A DNA stretch of 64,000 nucleotides from an uncultured Polyangiaceae bacterium (GCA_964195975.1 CAXMQZ010000025.1:8123-72122); one strand, 5' to 3'. Counted from the first letter of the stretch, positions 1 through 9,098 are shown. Translations and numbers: made by a program. The notes: generated from the sequence alone by a model not told the origin.

Positions 1-1
1 A

Positions 2-142
2 GAGGCTGACCCATTTGTCGACGCGCTCGAGTGGTACCAGAAGGGTGCCCGTATCCTCGGGGGATGTTGCAGAACTGGCCCTGACGATATCAGGCGACTG
101 CGAGGTGTGCTCACTCAGAACCGCTCGCCTGGAATCAACTAG
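2..142 (+). CDS. mmuM: 3' end of homocysteine S-methyltransferase (partial, runs off the window; not in the ORF track)
   Basis: Frame +2 reads EADPFVDALEWYQKGARILGGCCRTGPDDIRRLR...*. W..GA.I.GGCC.T.P.DI is the Zn-binding C-terminal motif of Hcy methyltransferases. Confidence 0.8.
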   Translation, partial: EADPFVDALEWYQKGARILGGCCRTGPDDIRRLRGVLTQNRSPGIN

Positions 143-1059
143 TTTCGAAATACTTTTGCGACATGCCACTGCAAGAACTCGCGCCGAGGGCGATGTGCCG
201 GCTGTGCGGGCAGCAGTAGCTCTCTACCAGCCAGATCAGAGTAGTACTTCGCGTCTTCGTAGTCTTGTTGCAACTGTGGACTGACGATCACCCTGTAGTC
301 GTGACTGACTGAGATATAACCGCGTTGAAAAAGACGACGAATGTCAGAGCGCAACAGAAGGCCATTGTCGACTCTGTGAAGCCCGCCTTCGTTGACCGGT
401 CGGATGTGGACGGATTCGAGGACAGGTAGCACGGCTTCGCCGCTGATGGCGCAGCGCCTCTGATAGAGGTCAGTCAACAAGAGCCGAAAGCCGCCGGGGC
501 CCAAACGGTAACCGACAAGGGTCGGTTCTCCGAACATTTCTCCCTGGGCATCGGTGGCTCCGCCTGGTTGCGAGGCTTGAAGTCTGGCCCTGACGGCATT
601 CCACAGCGAATTGCCTGCCGGTGTGGTCGAGTCGTAGAGCTTGCCCGTGGCTACATTCTTGGAGAAGTCGCTTGGAAGGGGAATCCAATCGACCTCGTCG
701 AAGAAGAAGGGTCGTTGCAAGAGGCTGCAACCGATCTGATAGTCGTTGGTCTCGTCCTCTGGTAGGTGTCGAAACCGCTCGATTCTGCGTCGCATCTCAT
801 GAAGACTCGTGGACCCGTTGTCACGGCCGAAAATCTCCCAAGCCAGACTGCAGGGCAACTCTGAAGTATGGAGAAAGAATCCACCCCCGACGATGGAGTG
901 ATGTGGGGTGTGGGGCTTGAAGAGCACCAGCTCGCTGGCTGATAGGCCTTGAAACCGTCGACTTCCACCGGGTTGCCAGAAGTTGGCCTCCTCGAGCAGC
1001 GGACGACTCCGCAGCTGCCAGTACCAGTCGTTGTCCGTTACAGCGACAACCAATCTCAT
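139..1059 (-). CDS. HNH endonuclease family protein (putative restriction endonuclease), last His substituted
   Basis: C-terminal CAISG...LESVHIRP...GG.H..DNGLLLRSD(I)RRLF matches the HNH_2-type motif; N-terminal AVTDNDW...NFWQP domain. Confidence 0.8.
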   Translation of the reverse strand: MRLVVAVTDNDWYWQLRSRPLLEEANFWQPGGSRRFQGLSASELVLFKPHTPHHSIVGGGFFLHTSELPCSLAWEIFGRDNGSTSLHEMRRRIERFRHLPEDETNDYQIGCSLLQRPFFFDEVDWIPLPSDFSKNVATGKLYDSTTPAGNSLWNAVRARLQASQPGGATDAQGEMFGEPTLVGYRLGPGGFRLLLTDLYQRRCAISGEAVLPVLESVHIRPVNEGGLHRVDNGLLLRSDIRRLFQRGYISVSHDYRVIVSPQLQQDYEDAKYYSDLAGRELLLPAQPAHRPRREFLQWHVAKVFRN

Positions 1060-1183
1060 AGTTGCCCTCTCCTAATCTCCCGCCAAATGTACCGCAAATA
1101 GGGGGTGAGTAGCACCCTTCGAGGGTGGTATCTTCCGACTCGTAGGCACTCCCATCGCCGACCGACCGACTACGACTGCATCG

Positions 1184-2374
1184 ATGACTCCTGCTGACAC
1201 CCTCGAGAACCACTCAATTTCGGGCCTGGAATCGGCCAGGGCACACGGTCTGGCGATTGCGATTCTCGTTTCGGTGACCGTAGCTCGGTGGGCATCGACT
1301 TTATTCTCCCCGGCACCTCTGTTTGATGAAGGTATCTATCTCGAGGCCTTTCGAGCCGTTGCAGCGGGCCAGTCACCCTACTCGGTTTACGGCTACTACT
1401 ATCCTCCGCCATTTGCGGTTCTTGGCGGGTGGCTGCTGGCCAATGTCGGACAACCTGTGGTGTTGCTTTTGATCCGCAGTCTAGTTGTCCTCGGCCTGGT
1501 TCTCACGGTCTGGCTCTCCTTGATCTGGTGGCGGACTCCGGTCTGGCGCCGACTCGTAGTGGGCGCGCTCTATCTCTGCGTGGCCCCTGCGGTCGGTCTC
1601 GGCATGCGAACCGGAAACATCTCTTTTCTTGTTATCGGCGCAATCATCCCGGCCCTGATGTTCTGGAAGGATAGACCCGTACTGTCGGGCTTGTTGCTGG
1701 GCTCCAGTGTCGCCATCAAACCAATTGCACCTCTCGCCGCTCTCGTGTTGTTGGTCCATCGTCCCGTTGAGGGTGGGTATCGACAGGTAGTGGCCGGACT
1801 GGCTGCCGGCGTAGCGATGCTGGGTTCTTTGTTTCCAATCGTTGCGTTTCTCGAAATGTTTTCGCAAAACATCGCGGCGCTCTCGCTGAACCGCTCGATC
1901 TCACTGCATCGTCTTTTTTCGCTGGCCGGTATCGAGATCAACCCTCTCATCGCGTTTGTAATCGTTGCTGTGATCGCCATTGTGGTTTCGAGGCTGCGTC
2001 CGCTGGACGAAGCGGATCTGCTTTGTCTAGCCCTGACCGCGGCGATCTGGTCTGTGCCTCTGATCTGGACACACACACTTCTTCTAACCCTGCCCGTACA
2101 AGTGTTAGCGGTTGTCAGGGCATTCGACCGACGTCGCAACTGGCAATCAGATGGGACTCAGTCGAATCGAACGGTCGGGTTCCCAAGGTTTGAGATTTGG
2201 TTGGTTCTAGTGGCGGTCGCGTCAATTCAATTGGCGGAAGGCGCCGGATCGGTCGATCGGATGGATAGCTGGATTCAACTCATTGCTCTCGGCATACCCT
2301 TCGTCGCGCCGGCTGCTCTGGCAGGGTATGTACTCTGGACCTCTCCCGCCACCGCGAGATCAGTCCCGAAATAG
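1184..2374 (+). CDS. GT87/DUF2029-like polyprenol-phosphate-sugar-dependent membrane glycosyltransferase
   Basis: Polytopic hydrophobic protein with D..IY...F, YYYPPPFA, GNI and AIKP motifs typical of GT-C family GT87. Confidence 0.7.
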   Translation: MTPADTLENHSISGLESARAHGLAIAILVSVTVARWASTLFSPAPLFDEGIYLEAFRAVAAGQSPYSVYGYYYPPPFAVLGGWLLANVGQPVVLLLIRSLVVLGLVLTVWLSLIWWRTPVWRRLVVGALYLCVAPAVGLGMRTGNISFLVIGAIIPALMFWKDRPVLSGLLLGSSVAIKPIAPLAALVLLVHRPVEGGYRQVVAGLAAGVAMLGSLFPIVAFLEMFSQNIAALSLNRSISLHRLFSLAGIEINPLIAFVIVAVIAIVVSRLRPLDEADLLCLALTAAIWSVPLIWTHTLLLTLPVQVLAVVRAFDRRRNWQSDGTQSNRTVGFPRFEIWLVLVAVASIQLAEGAGSVDRMDSWIQLIALGIPFVAPAALAGYVLWTSPATARSVPK

Positions 2375-2392
2375 TTCGGCTGGCCACTCTTG

Positions 2393-2794
2393 CTAGTTGA
2401 AAAAGTTGTGTAGGTCGGTCTCATCCCGAAATACATCGACCTGTTGAATACGGGTGGTTCGTACTCTGTTGGAAAACTCCAAGAAAAGACCGGGCGCCGC
2501 GAGGATGTCGCTCTTGATCGCGCTGCCACCCCAGGTGCAGCCGTTTATCGCGACCGTAAGTGGGGCAGAGCTCTGGAGGTCGAACCAACCGCCAGAAACC
2601 GTATAGAGCTCGGGGCCGACAACACAGATGGAATAGGTTGAGTTTCTGGTCTTGACGACCACCAGGTCGCCATTTTGAAGATCCCGCTTGCGGACTGGTT
2701 CGATCTGCAGGCTGTGATCCACGATCGCTGAGAGCGTTCGAGTTGGAATACCTGCCTCGTGGCGATCGCCGCCTATCGTGGTATCCATAATCAA
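2393..2794 (-). CDS. Hypothetical protein (small, beta-rich, KTRNSTY motif)
   Basis: 133-aa ORF with protein-like composition, a promoter-like element upstream, and filling the gap between genes. Confidence 0.65.
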   Translation of the reverse strand: MIMDTTIGGDRHEAGIPTRTLSAIVDHSLQIEPVRKRDLQNGDLVVVKTRNSTYSICVVGPELYTVSGGWFDLQSSAPLTVAINGCTWGGSAIKSDILAAPGLFLEFSNRVRTTRIQQVDVFRDETDLHNFFN

Positions 2795-2809
2795 CCCCTG
2801 CTATCTAGC

Positions 2810-2839
2810 ATCCTAGGGTTACTCTCGCTAACAAGTCAA
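2810..2839 (-). promoter_or_regulatory. Putative sigma70 promoter TTGACT-N18-TAGGAT
   Basis: Minus-strand hexamers at 2839-2834 and 2815-2810, just upstream of the 2794 start. Confidence 0.45.
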
Positions 2840-2982
2840 TGAAGCCTGTCTATTCCGCCATCGGTTCCACTAGTGCTACGTCGCGGGAAGTCTGTTGGTT
2901 GCACGAGCCCTGCCTCATGAAGGTGTCTCGGTATCGGTCGATCCTTAAAGTATAACTTGAAGTATGCCGACCTGGAAACCCA

Positions 2983-3411
2983 TCACCGATCAAGGAGCAA
3001 CTTCGGGTTGGATCCCACTTTCAAAAGAAGATTCTTGAGATCAGGCTCCTCAACAAGGATAGCTGCCTCGGAGGCCGTAACCCAGACGCGATCGCGGTAG
3101 CTCTCCTGCCATTCTGAATGGACGGTCTCGACTCGCATCGGGAAGATCTCGACGAAACAGACTCCACCCCATTTCTCGTAGGAATAGTGACCGACCGGTT
3201 GCTCGCTCGTATGACCTTCGACCCCAGCCTCCTCGAGGGCCTCCTTCGCAGCAGACTCTGCGGCAGACAGATCTGGCTCGTGAATTCCCTTGGGCAGGAC
3301 CCACCGCCTTGCCTTTCGAGAGGTGACCAGGAGAATCTCCAACTGCCCGTCTTTGATTCGATAGGGGATGACGGCGGACTGCTTGTAGAAATGGGCCGGT
3401 TTCTGACTCAT
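2983..3411 (-). CDS. NUDIX hydrolase (DIPP/Ap6A-hydrolase-like)
   Basis: ILLVTSR..RRWVLPKG and Nudix box G..E.......A.KEA.EEAGV; ATGA overlap with cmk. Confidence 0.85.
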   Translation of the reverse strand: MSQKPAHFYKQSAVIPYRIKDGQLEILLVTSRKARRWVLPKGIHEPDLSAAESAAKEALEEAGVEGHTSEQPVGHYSYEKWGGVCFVEIFPMRVETVHSEWQESYRDRVWVTASEAAILVEEPDLKNLLLKVGSNPKLLLDR

Positions 3412-4109
3412 TCGGGCTCTCTGATCCGGTTCCCAGCTTCCTGCAGCTCGGTCAGCTCAGCTTCGATGTGACCGAGCAGGAGAGCAATGACCTCGTCCAG
3501 GCTCTGACTTGAACTGTCGACTACGACCGCGTCCTCAGCCGCTACGAGTGGGGCCACACTTCGATTGCTGTCTCTGGTGTCTCGCTCTAGGAGGGCCGCG
3601 AGGACCTCGTCAAGATTGGCAGAATCTCCACGTTCAGCGAGCTCGTGGTGTCTTCTCTCTGCCCTGACTCGGGGCTCGGCTGTAAGGAAGATCTTGACGC
3701 GTGCCCCGGGGAAGACCACGGTTCCGATATCGCGGCCTTCGGCAATTACGTCGCCGGTGGCGCCTAGATTTCGTTGTAGTCCGAGCAGTGCTTCGCGGAC
3801 CAACGGCAGGGCAGAGACAATTGAGGCACCCTCGGAGATTTCCGGGGTTCGAATGGCGTCTGACACATCCGTTCGGGCCAGTAGTACTCGATTGGTCTCA
3901 CCGTCGTGATGGAACTCGATCGGTAGATCGCTTGCGATAGCCGCCACCGCCTCCTCGTTCGAGAGCTCGACCTGCTGCTGTCTGCACCGCAGAGCTACAC
4001 AGCGGTAGATCGCACCTGTGTCCAACAGAGAGAATCCGAAATGGGCAGCGAGACGATTAGAGACGCTCGTCTTTCCCGCGGCTACAGGTCCGTCGATCGC
4101 GATGACCAC
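3408..4109 (-). CDS. cmk: Cytidylate kinase
   Basis: IAIDGP.AAGKT P-loop, LDTGAIYR, EGRDIGTVVFP, RD..D..R...PL motifs. Confidence 0.95.
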   Translation of the reverse strand: MVIAIDGPVAAGKTSVSNRLAAHFGFSLLDTGAIYRCVALRCRQQQVELSNEEAVAAIASDLPIEFHHDGETNRVLLARTDVSDAIRTPEISEGASIVSALPLVREALLGLQRNLGATGDVIAEGRDIGTVVFPGARVKIFLTAEPRVRAERRHHELAERGDSANLDEVLAALLERDTRDSNRSVAPLVAAEDAVVVDSSSQSLDEVIALLLGHIEAELTELQEAGNRIREPE

Positions 4110-4111
4110 AC

Positions 4112-4609
4112 TCAGTTCTGCCCTTCATAGGATTCGATGCTTTCATCCAAGACGTCGAGCTGGACACCCGCATTGGCAAGCAGGTCCCTGGTATCTTGAC
4201 CTGCGTGGTACCTTCGCTTTGCGACAACTCTCGATACCCCCACGCTGGCGATCAACATAGCGCAGACCCGGCACGGTTCCATAGTGCAGTAGAGGGTGGT
4301 GCCTGCAAGGGGCAATCCATGGTGGGCGGCTTGGCAAATTGCGTTCTGCTCAGCATGAATCGTGCGTACGCAGTGCTGTCTAGTGGTGCCGTCCTCATCG
4401 ACCAGTTGTTTGAAGTCGTGCCCTTCATCGTCGCAGTGGGGAAGACCTGGGGGCGATCCGACATAACCGGTGCAAATGATTCGCTTGTCGCGCACCACCA
4501 CACAACCGCTGCGGCCTCGATCACAGGTGGCTCTGCTAGCGACTTCGTCGACAAGCCGCATGAAGTACTCGTCCCAACTCGGGCGCATGGCAGTAACGTC
4601 AGGCATCAA
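4112..4609 (-). CDS. dCMP deaminase (cytidine/deoxycytidylate deaminase family)
   Basis: RPSWDEYFM, RATC.R, HAEQNAI and PCRVC Zn motifs. Confidence 0.9.
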   Translation of the reverse strand: MMPDVTAMRPSWDEYFMRLVDEVASRATCDRGRSGCVVVRDKRIICTGYVGSPPGLPHCDDEGHDFKQLVDEDGTTRQHCVRTIHAEQNAICQAAHHGLPLAGTTLYCTMEPCRVCAMLIASVGVSRVVAKRRYHAGQDTRDLLANAGVQLDVLDESIESYEGQN

Positions 4610-4661
4610 GAGCTCGGTACCGCATCGAGGTTCGATTCCTGATCGCCGTTGACTTCGTCAT

Positions 4662-5126
4662 TCACTGAAGGTCCCCTTTGATGGAATCGATTTTGAGGCT
4701 GTCGGACACGAGATCAGCTAGTTGGCTTTCCTCGATGAGTTGAAAGTCGAGCATGCGGTCTTGGTCAAAGATGAATCGACCCAAGAACGGGCGACGTTCG
4801 AGCAGTAATGGTAGCCAGTATCGATCGTCTTCCCACATTCGTTCGTAGGGTATCTCATCCAGAGATGTCCAGAGCGGTGTTGCCTCGTCCGTTTCGGTCG
4901 GACATCCCGAGAACTCTCGGGCGAAAAATACCCAGACGTGAATCGAGTACCCGTCTAGAAATTGAAACTGAAGTTCACCTATCTGCTCTGGATCTATCGC
5001 GTCGATCCGAAGCTCTTCTTTGACCTCGCGCAAGGCACATTGGAGCGGGGTTTCGCCGGGGTCTAGACGGCCTCCGGGACCGTTGACGTTACCGGCTCCG
5101 AGACCTCGTTTCTTGTGAATCAGCAA
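4662..5126 (-). CDS. 8-oxo-dGTP diphosphatase, MTH1/NUDT1-like Nudix (true 5' end lies further upstream, see findings)
   Basis: KKRGLGAG..NGPGG, Nudix box E....CA.REV.EE, P.ETDEA.P.W...DEIPY..MW.DD..WLP. The frame stays open upstream through IDWANWRPVDQGTLLFI. Confidence 0.85.
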   Translation of the reverse strand: MLIHKKRGLGAGNVNGPGGRLDPGETPLQCALREVKEELRIDAIDPEQIGELQFQFLDGYSIHVWVFFAREFSGCPTETDEATPLWTSLDEIPYERMWEDDRYWLPLLLERRPFLGRFIFDQDRMLDFQLIEESQLADLVSDSLKIDSIKGDLQ

Positions 5127-5252
5127 GACCCTACCGTGTTGAACGATGAACAGCAGAGTCCCCTGATCGACAGGACGCCAGTTGGCCCAGTCGATCCTAT
5201 TTACTTTCGAGGGAATCGGTGACTGCGGCCCTTTTTTTCGGATCGAAATTCC

Positions 5253-5280
5253 TGTGTCTCCGATGCTTGTGTCTCCGATG
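5253..5280 (+). repeat. 13-bp direct repeat TGTGTCTCCGATG x2 (period 15)
   Basis: Exact copies at 5253-5265 and 5268-5280 in the divergent region. Confidence 0.85.
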
Positions 5281-5347
5281 TCGGGGTAAGAGTTTTTGTC
5301 GCTCGAACTGGCCGCACAGGATCACCAGATCGCTGTAGGATACCTAT

Positions 5348-5737
5348 ATGACCGGTAGCGACGATCTCGCCGATTCAACGCCGACACTACCATTCGACAC
5401 CTTTTGGGATTGGGTCGTCACCCACCCCAATTGCATCTTGAGAGCGGGGAGTCGGGAGGTCGTTCTCTATGACGACGAGGACTACCACTGGCACTTTGCG
5501 CAAGAGGGTCACGAATCGCTACTGGTCCAGGTCATTCGCGGGAAGCGATTGGTCGGCGAGCTCCTCATTCCAAAAGATCGCGTCGCCTATGTGCAGGGTG
5601 TTCTTGGTGACCAGGAAGGGGAGTTTCTCTTCGAGCTGATATCTGGTGACGAGCACGATCAGGGATCGGTATATTTCTTTGTGCTGTCACATGGCTTCGA
5701 GTCGGCGGAGGATGAACCCCCTAGACGGATACACTGA
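5348..5737 (+). CDS. Hypothetical protein (acidic), possibly leaderless
   Basis: 129-aa ORF with protein-like composition; TAGGAT at 5336-5341 lies 6 nt before the ATG, with no good SD. Confidence 0.7.
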   Translation: MTGSDDLADSTPTLPFDTFWDWVVTHPNCILRAGSREVVLYDDEDYHWHFAQEGHESLLVQVIRGKRLVGELLIPKDRVAYVQGVLGDQEGEFLFELISGDEHDQGSVYFFVLSHGFESAEDEPPRRIH

Positions 5738-5757
5738 TTCGCACCGCTTCGATCTCG

Positions 5758-6147
5758 TTACTGATGTTCGAAGAGCGCTGCAACAGCGCCGGCAGGATCA
5801 CGGATTACACAGTATTTACCGTAGCCACTCATCTTCGTCAGCGGTCGCACGATATCGCCACCCAGCGAGAGGCATCGCTCGATACTCTGGTCGATGTCCG
5901 AAACGGTGATGTAGATTAGCCAGGCTGGTGGAAGATCTGCATTGGCACCGCGGGCATGACAGACGCCGGCCTTTGGCTCACCCGATTCCGGTGAGGTCAT
6001 GTTGAAGTCGTTGTAGCCACCCATGTCGACGGCGCTCGGCTCCCACCCAGTAACAGCGGCATAAAAGTCGCAAACCTCTTCAGCATTGTCGACGGTAAGG
6101 TCGATCCAGCCGACAGTTCCCACTTCGGGTCTTGTTGTGTCGCTCAT
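5758..6147 (-). CDS. VOC/glyoxalase-like family protein
   Basis: G.VGWIDL......FY..V.GW, W..YI.V.D.D, GG.I, IRDP.GA motifs. Start moved to ATG 6147 with GGAG upstream. Confidence 0.85.
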   Translation of the reverse strand: MSDTTRPEVGTVGWIDLTVDNAEEVCDFYAAVTGWEPSAVDMGGYNDFNMTSPESGEPKAGVCHARGANADLPPAWLIYITVSDIDQSIERCLSLGGDIVRPLTKMSGYGKYCVIRDPAGAVAALFEHQ

Positions 6148-6310
6148 CTTGAACGCTCCCAGTTTGTTGGTACAGCCCAGATTCTGAGGCGATCCTAGCA
6201 ATAGACTCGATGGGTAGGGATTCGAACGATACACTGGGGCTGTTCTTGCGCAGGGTCACATATCGGTTTCCCTGCTAGGAGCCATATCGATCGGAGTCGT
6301 GGAGAGAATG

Positions 6311-8047
6311 ATGGTTCGAGATCTCGGGTGGGTCGGTCGACGAAACCTAGCGTTGCTTGTGGTGGTGATGGCCATCGCTGGATGCGGCGAGAAGCAGAAT
6401 ATGTCTGAGCCGGCAGATATGGTTCTGACAAACGGCAAGATTGTCACCGTCGACCCACATCGTCCGGTTGCCGAAGCAATTGCTATCCGCAATGGATGGA
6501 TTGTCGCCGTAGGCACTACAGGCGAGATCGCTCCTTTCATATCAGACGATACAGAGGTCATCGACCTCAAGGGTCGACTAGCCATACCTGGATTCATCGA
6601 GGGGCATGGACACTTCATGAGCCTCGGAACCGCTAAAACTGTGTTGGATCTGACTCGGGCTACGAGCTGGGCCGAGATTGTCTCGCTGGTCGCAGATGCG
6701 GTAGCTGTGGCGGCTCCAGGTGATTGGATCCGAGGTCGGGGCTGGCATCAGGAGAAGTGGAGCTCGATGCCCGACGACGCAGTCGAAGGTTCCCCTGTCC
6801 ACTATGAGCTCAGTTCGATCAGTCCCGAGAACCCCGTCTTGCTGACCCATGCGAGTGGGCACGCCGCCTTTGCCAACGCAAAAGCGATGAGTCTCGCCGG
6901 GCTTGATCGCGATTCGAAAAGTCCTGAAGGCGGACAGCTCCTGCGCGACGCGGATGGCAATCTGACCGGACTCCTCCGTGAAACCGCTCAGAGGATCGTA
7001 GCCTCGGAACTGGAGCGGGAGGGCAGTCTCAGGAGTGCGAAGGAGGTCGAGGCTGACAACCGTCGATTGGTGCAACTGGCCGGGCGCGAGGCACTAGAAC
7101 ATGGGGTGACAAGCTTTCACGATGCAGGGGCCTCGTTCGCGACGATAGACTTTTTCAGAAAGCTCGAATCCGAAGGCGAGTTGCCAGTTCGCTTGTATGT
7201 CATGGTCCGACACGAGTCGAACGAAACGATGGCGAAATCACTATCCGCCTACCGATCTGTTGCAGAAGGTGATGACTACCTCGCAGTCCGATCGATCAAG
7301 AGACAGATCGATGGAGCTCTTGGCTCTCATGGCGCTTGGCTACTCGAACCCTACTCAGATCTCTCCTCGAGTGTGGGGTTGGTCTTGGAGTCGGAAGAGG
7401 AAATTCGGCAGACGGCTGAGATTGCGCTCGAGAATGGCTATCAGCTCAACACGCATGCCATCGGCGATCGTGCCAATGAAGCGGTCTTGGATATCTACGA
7501 GCAGGCCTTTGCCGGCCATCCCGAATCCGAGGCACTGAGATGGCGGATCGAGCATGCTCAGCATTTGAGCCGGAGTGATATCGGTCGGTTTGCGGCACTT
7601 GGAATCATCGCTGCGGTCCAGGGTGTTCACTGCACCTCCGATGCTCCGTGGGTGCTCAAACGACTCGGGCCGGAAAGAGCACAGCAGGGAGCCTACGTCT
7701 GGCGGGACCTCCTCGACTCCGGTGCGATCTTGATCAACGGGACCGATGTTCCCGTCGAAGCCATAGACCCGATCGCGAGCTTCTATGCATCGGTCTCCCG
7801 TCGAAACAAGGATGGCGAGCTGTTTTATCCCGGTCAGGCCATGACCCGGGAAGAGGCTCTTGCCTCCTACACGCTCAATGCCGCCTTTGCCGCCTTCGAG
7901 GAACACCTGAAGGGCTCTCTCCAGATAGGTAAGCTTGCCGACATTGCAGTGTTGTCGAAGGATCTGATGACGATTCCGGTCGAGGAGATTCCGTCGACTC
8001 GAGTGGATATCACGATCCTGGGCGGCAGAGTTGCGTATTCGAGGTGA
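6311..8047 (+). CDS. Amidohydrolase family 3 (YtcJ-like) lipoprotein
   Basis: Lipobox IAGC; PGFIEGHGH, HAIGDRAN, RIEHAQ, GTDVP, G.L..GKLAD motifs. Start uncertain (6299/6308/6311). Confidence 0.9.
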   Translation: MVRDLGWVGRRNLALLVVVMAIAGCGEKQNMSEPADMVLTNGKIVTVDPHRPVAEAIAIRNGWIVAVGTTGEIAPFISDDTEVIDLKGRLAIPGFIEGHGHFMSLGTAKTVLDLTRATSWAEIVSLVADAVAVAAPGDWIRGRGWHQEKWSSMPDDAVEGSPVHYELSSISPENPVLLTHASGHAAFANAKAMSLAGLDRDSKSPEGGQLLRDADGNLTGLLRETAQRIVASELEREGSLRSAKEVEADNRRLVQLAGREALEHGVTSFHDAGASFATIDFFRKLESEGELPVRLYVMVRHESNETMAKSLSAYRSVAEGDDYLAVRSIKRQIDGALGSHGAWLLEPYSDLSSSVGLVLESEEEIRQTAEIALENGYQLNTHAIGDRANEAVLDIYEQAFAGHPESEALRWRIEHAQHLSRSDIGRFAALGIIAAVQGVHCTSDAPWVLKRLGPERAQQGAYVWRDLLDSGAILINGTDVPVEAIDPIASFYASVSRRNKDGELFYPGQAMTREEALASYTLNAAFAAFEEHLKGSLQIGKLADIAVLSKDLMTIPVEEIPSTRVDITILGGRVAYSR

Positions 8048-8054
8048 AATCAGG

Positions 8055-9098
8055 GTGAAACAAGGTAATTGGTTGGTTTCGGCTGCAGCCCTCGTGATCC
8101 TCATCTACGGGATGCGAGAAGCGCAGGCCGTGGTGATTCCGATTCTGCTGTCGGTGTTCCTCTCTTTGGTCAGTGCCCGGCCTCTGTTCTGGCTTCGACG
8201 CAAGGGCTTCCCCAACGCCCTGGCGGTGGCAATGATCGTCTTCGGAATGCTCTCAATCCTGTTTCTCATCGGTGGACTCGTCGGTACATCCATAGCCGAG
8301 TTCACCAGTCGGGTGCCGTACTACCAGGAGCGTTTGGATGAGCAGCTCACGGCGTATCTGTCTCGACTCGATCTCGACGATCGCATTGGATCGGTCAGGG
8401 ATCTGGTAGAGAAGATCGATCCGAGTGCGGCGATGGATCTTGCTGTGAACCTCCTCAACGGTTTGCGCGGTCTTCTCAACTACGGTTTCTTGATAGTTTT
8501 TGCGATTGTCTTCATGCTGCTCGAAGCAGGGACTCTCCCCGGAAAACTCGAGGCCGTTGCGCCCTCGACCGAAGCGTATCGATCGGTTAGTGGGTTCACC
8601 AGGAGCTTGAATCGATACCTCGGTTTGAAGACCGCGGTAAGTCTGGTCACGGGACTGATCGTGGGTCTCTGGGTCACAGTGATGGGTCTGGATTTTCCTC
8701 TGCTCTGGGGTCTGCTCGCATTTCTGTTGAACTACATTCCGAGTATCGGCTCGATTATTGCGGCGGTCCCGGCAGTCTTGCTGGCGCTGGTGCAACTTGG
8801 ACCGGGTAGGGCGCTGGTCATCGCGCTCGGATACATTGCCATCAATCTTCTGATTGGAAATCTGATCGAGCCCCGAGTGATGGGTCAAGGGCTAGGGCTC
8901 TCGACACTGGTGGTTTTTCTATCACTTATCTTTTGGGGCTGGGTACTTGGCCCGGTCGGAATGCTTCTGTCAGTTCCTTTGACGATGACGCTTGTGATGG
9001 CTCTCGAGAGTCGTGAGTCGACTCGTCGATATGCGGTTATCTTGAGAGCCACACGGCCGCGAAAAAGTCCCTCCGACGGTCCCCAGAAGGGCCCCTAA
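8055..9098 (+). CDS. AI-2E family transporter (YhhT/TqsA-like)
   Basis: LWGLLAFLLNYIPSIGS, GN.IEPR.MG..LGLS, FWGWVLGPVGMLLSVPLT; GAGGTG SD before GTG 8055. Confidence 0.9.
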   Translation: MKQGNWLVSAAALVILIYGMREAQAVVIPILLSVFLSLVSARPLFWLRRKGFPNALAVAMIVFGMLSILFLIGGLVGTSIAEFTSRVPYYQERLDEQLTAYLSRLDLDDRIGSVRDLVEKIDPSAAMDLAVNLLNGLRGLLNYGFLIVFAIVFMLLEAGTLPGKLEAVAPSTEAYRSVSGFTRSLNRYLGLKTAVSLVTGLIVGLWVTVMGLDFPLLWGLLAFLLNYIPSIGSIIAAVPAVLLALVQLGPGRALVIALGYIAINLLIGNLIEPRVMGQGLGLSTLVVFLSLIFWGWVLGPVGMLLSVPLTMTLVMALESRESTRRYAVILRATRPRKSPSDGPQKGP

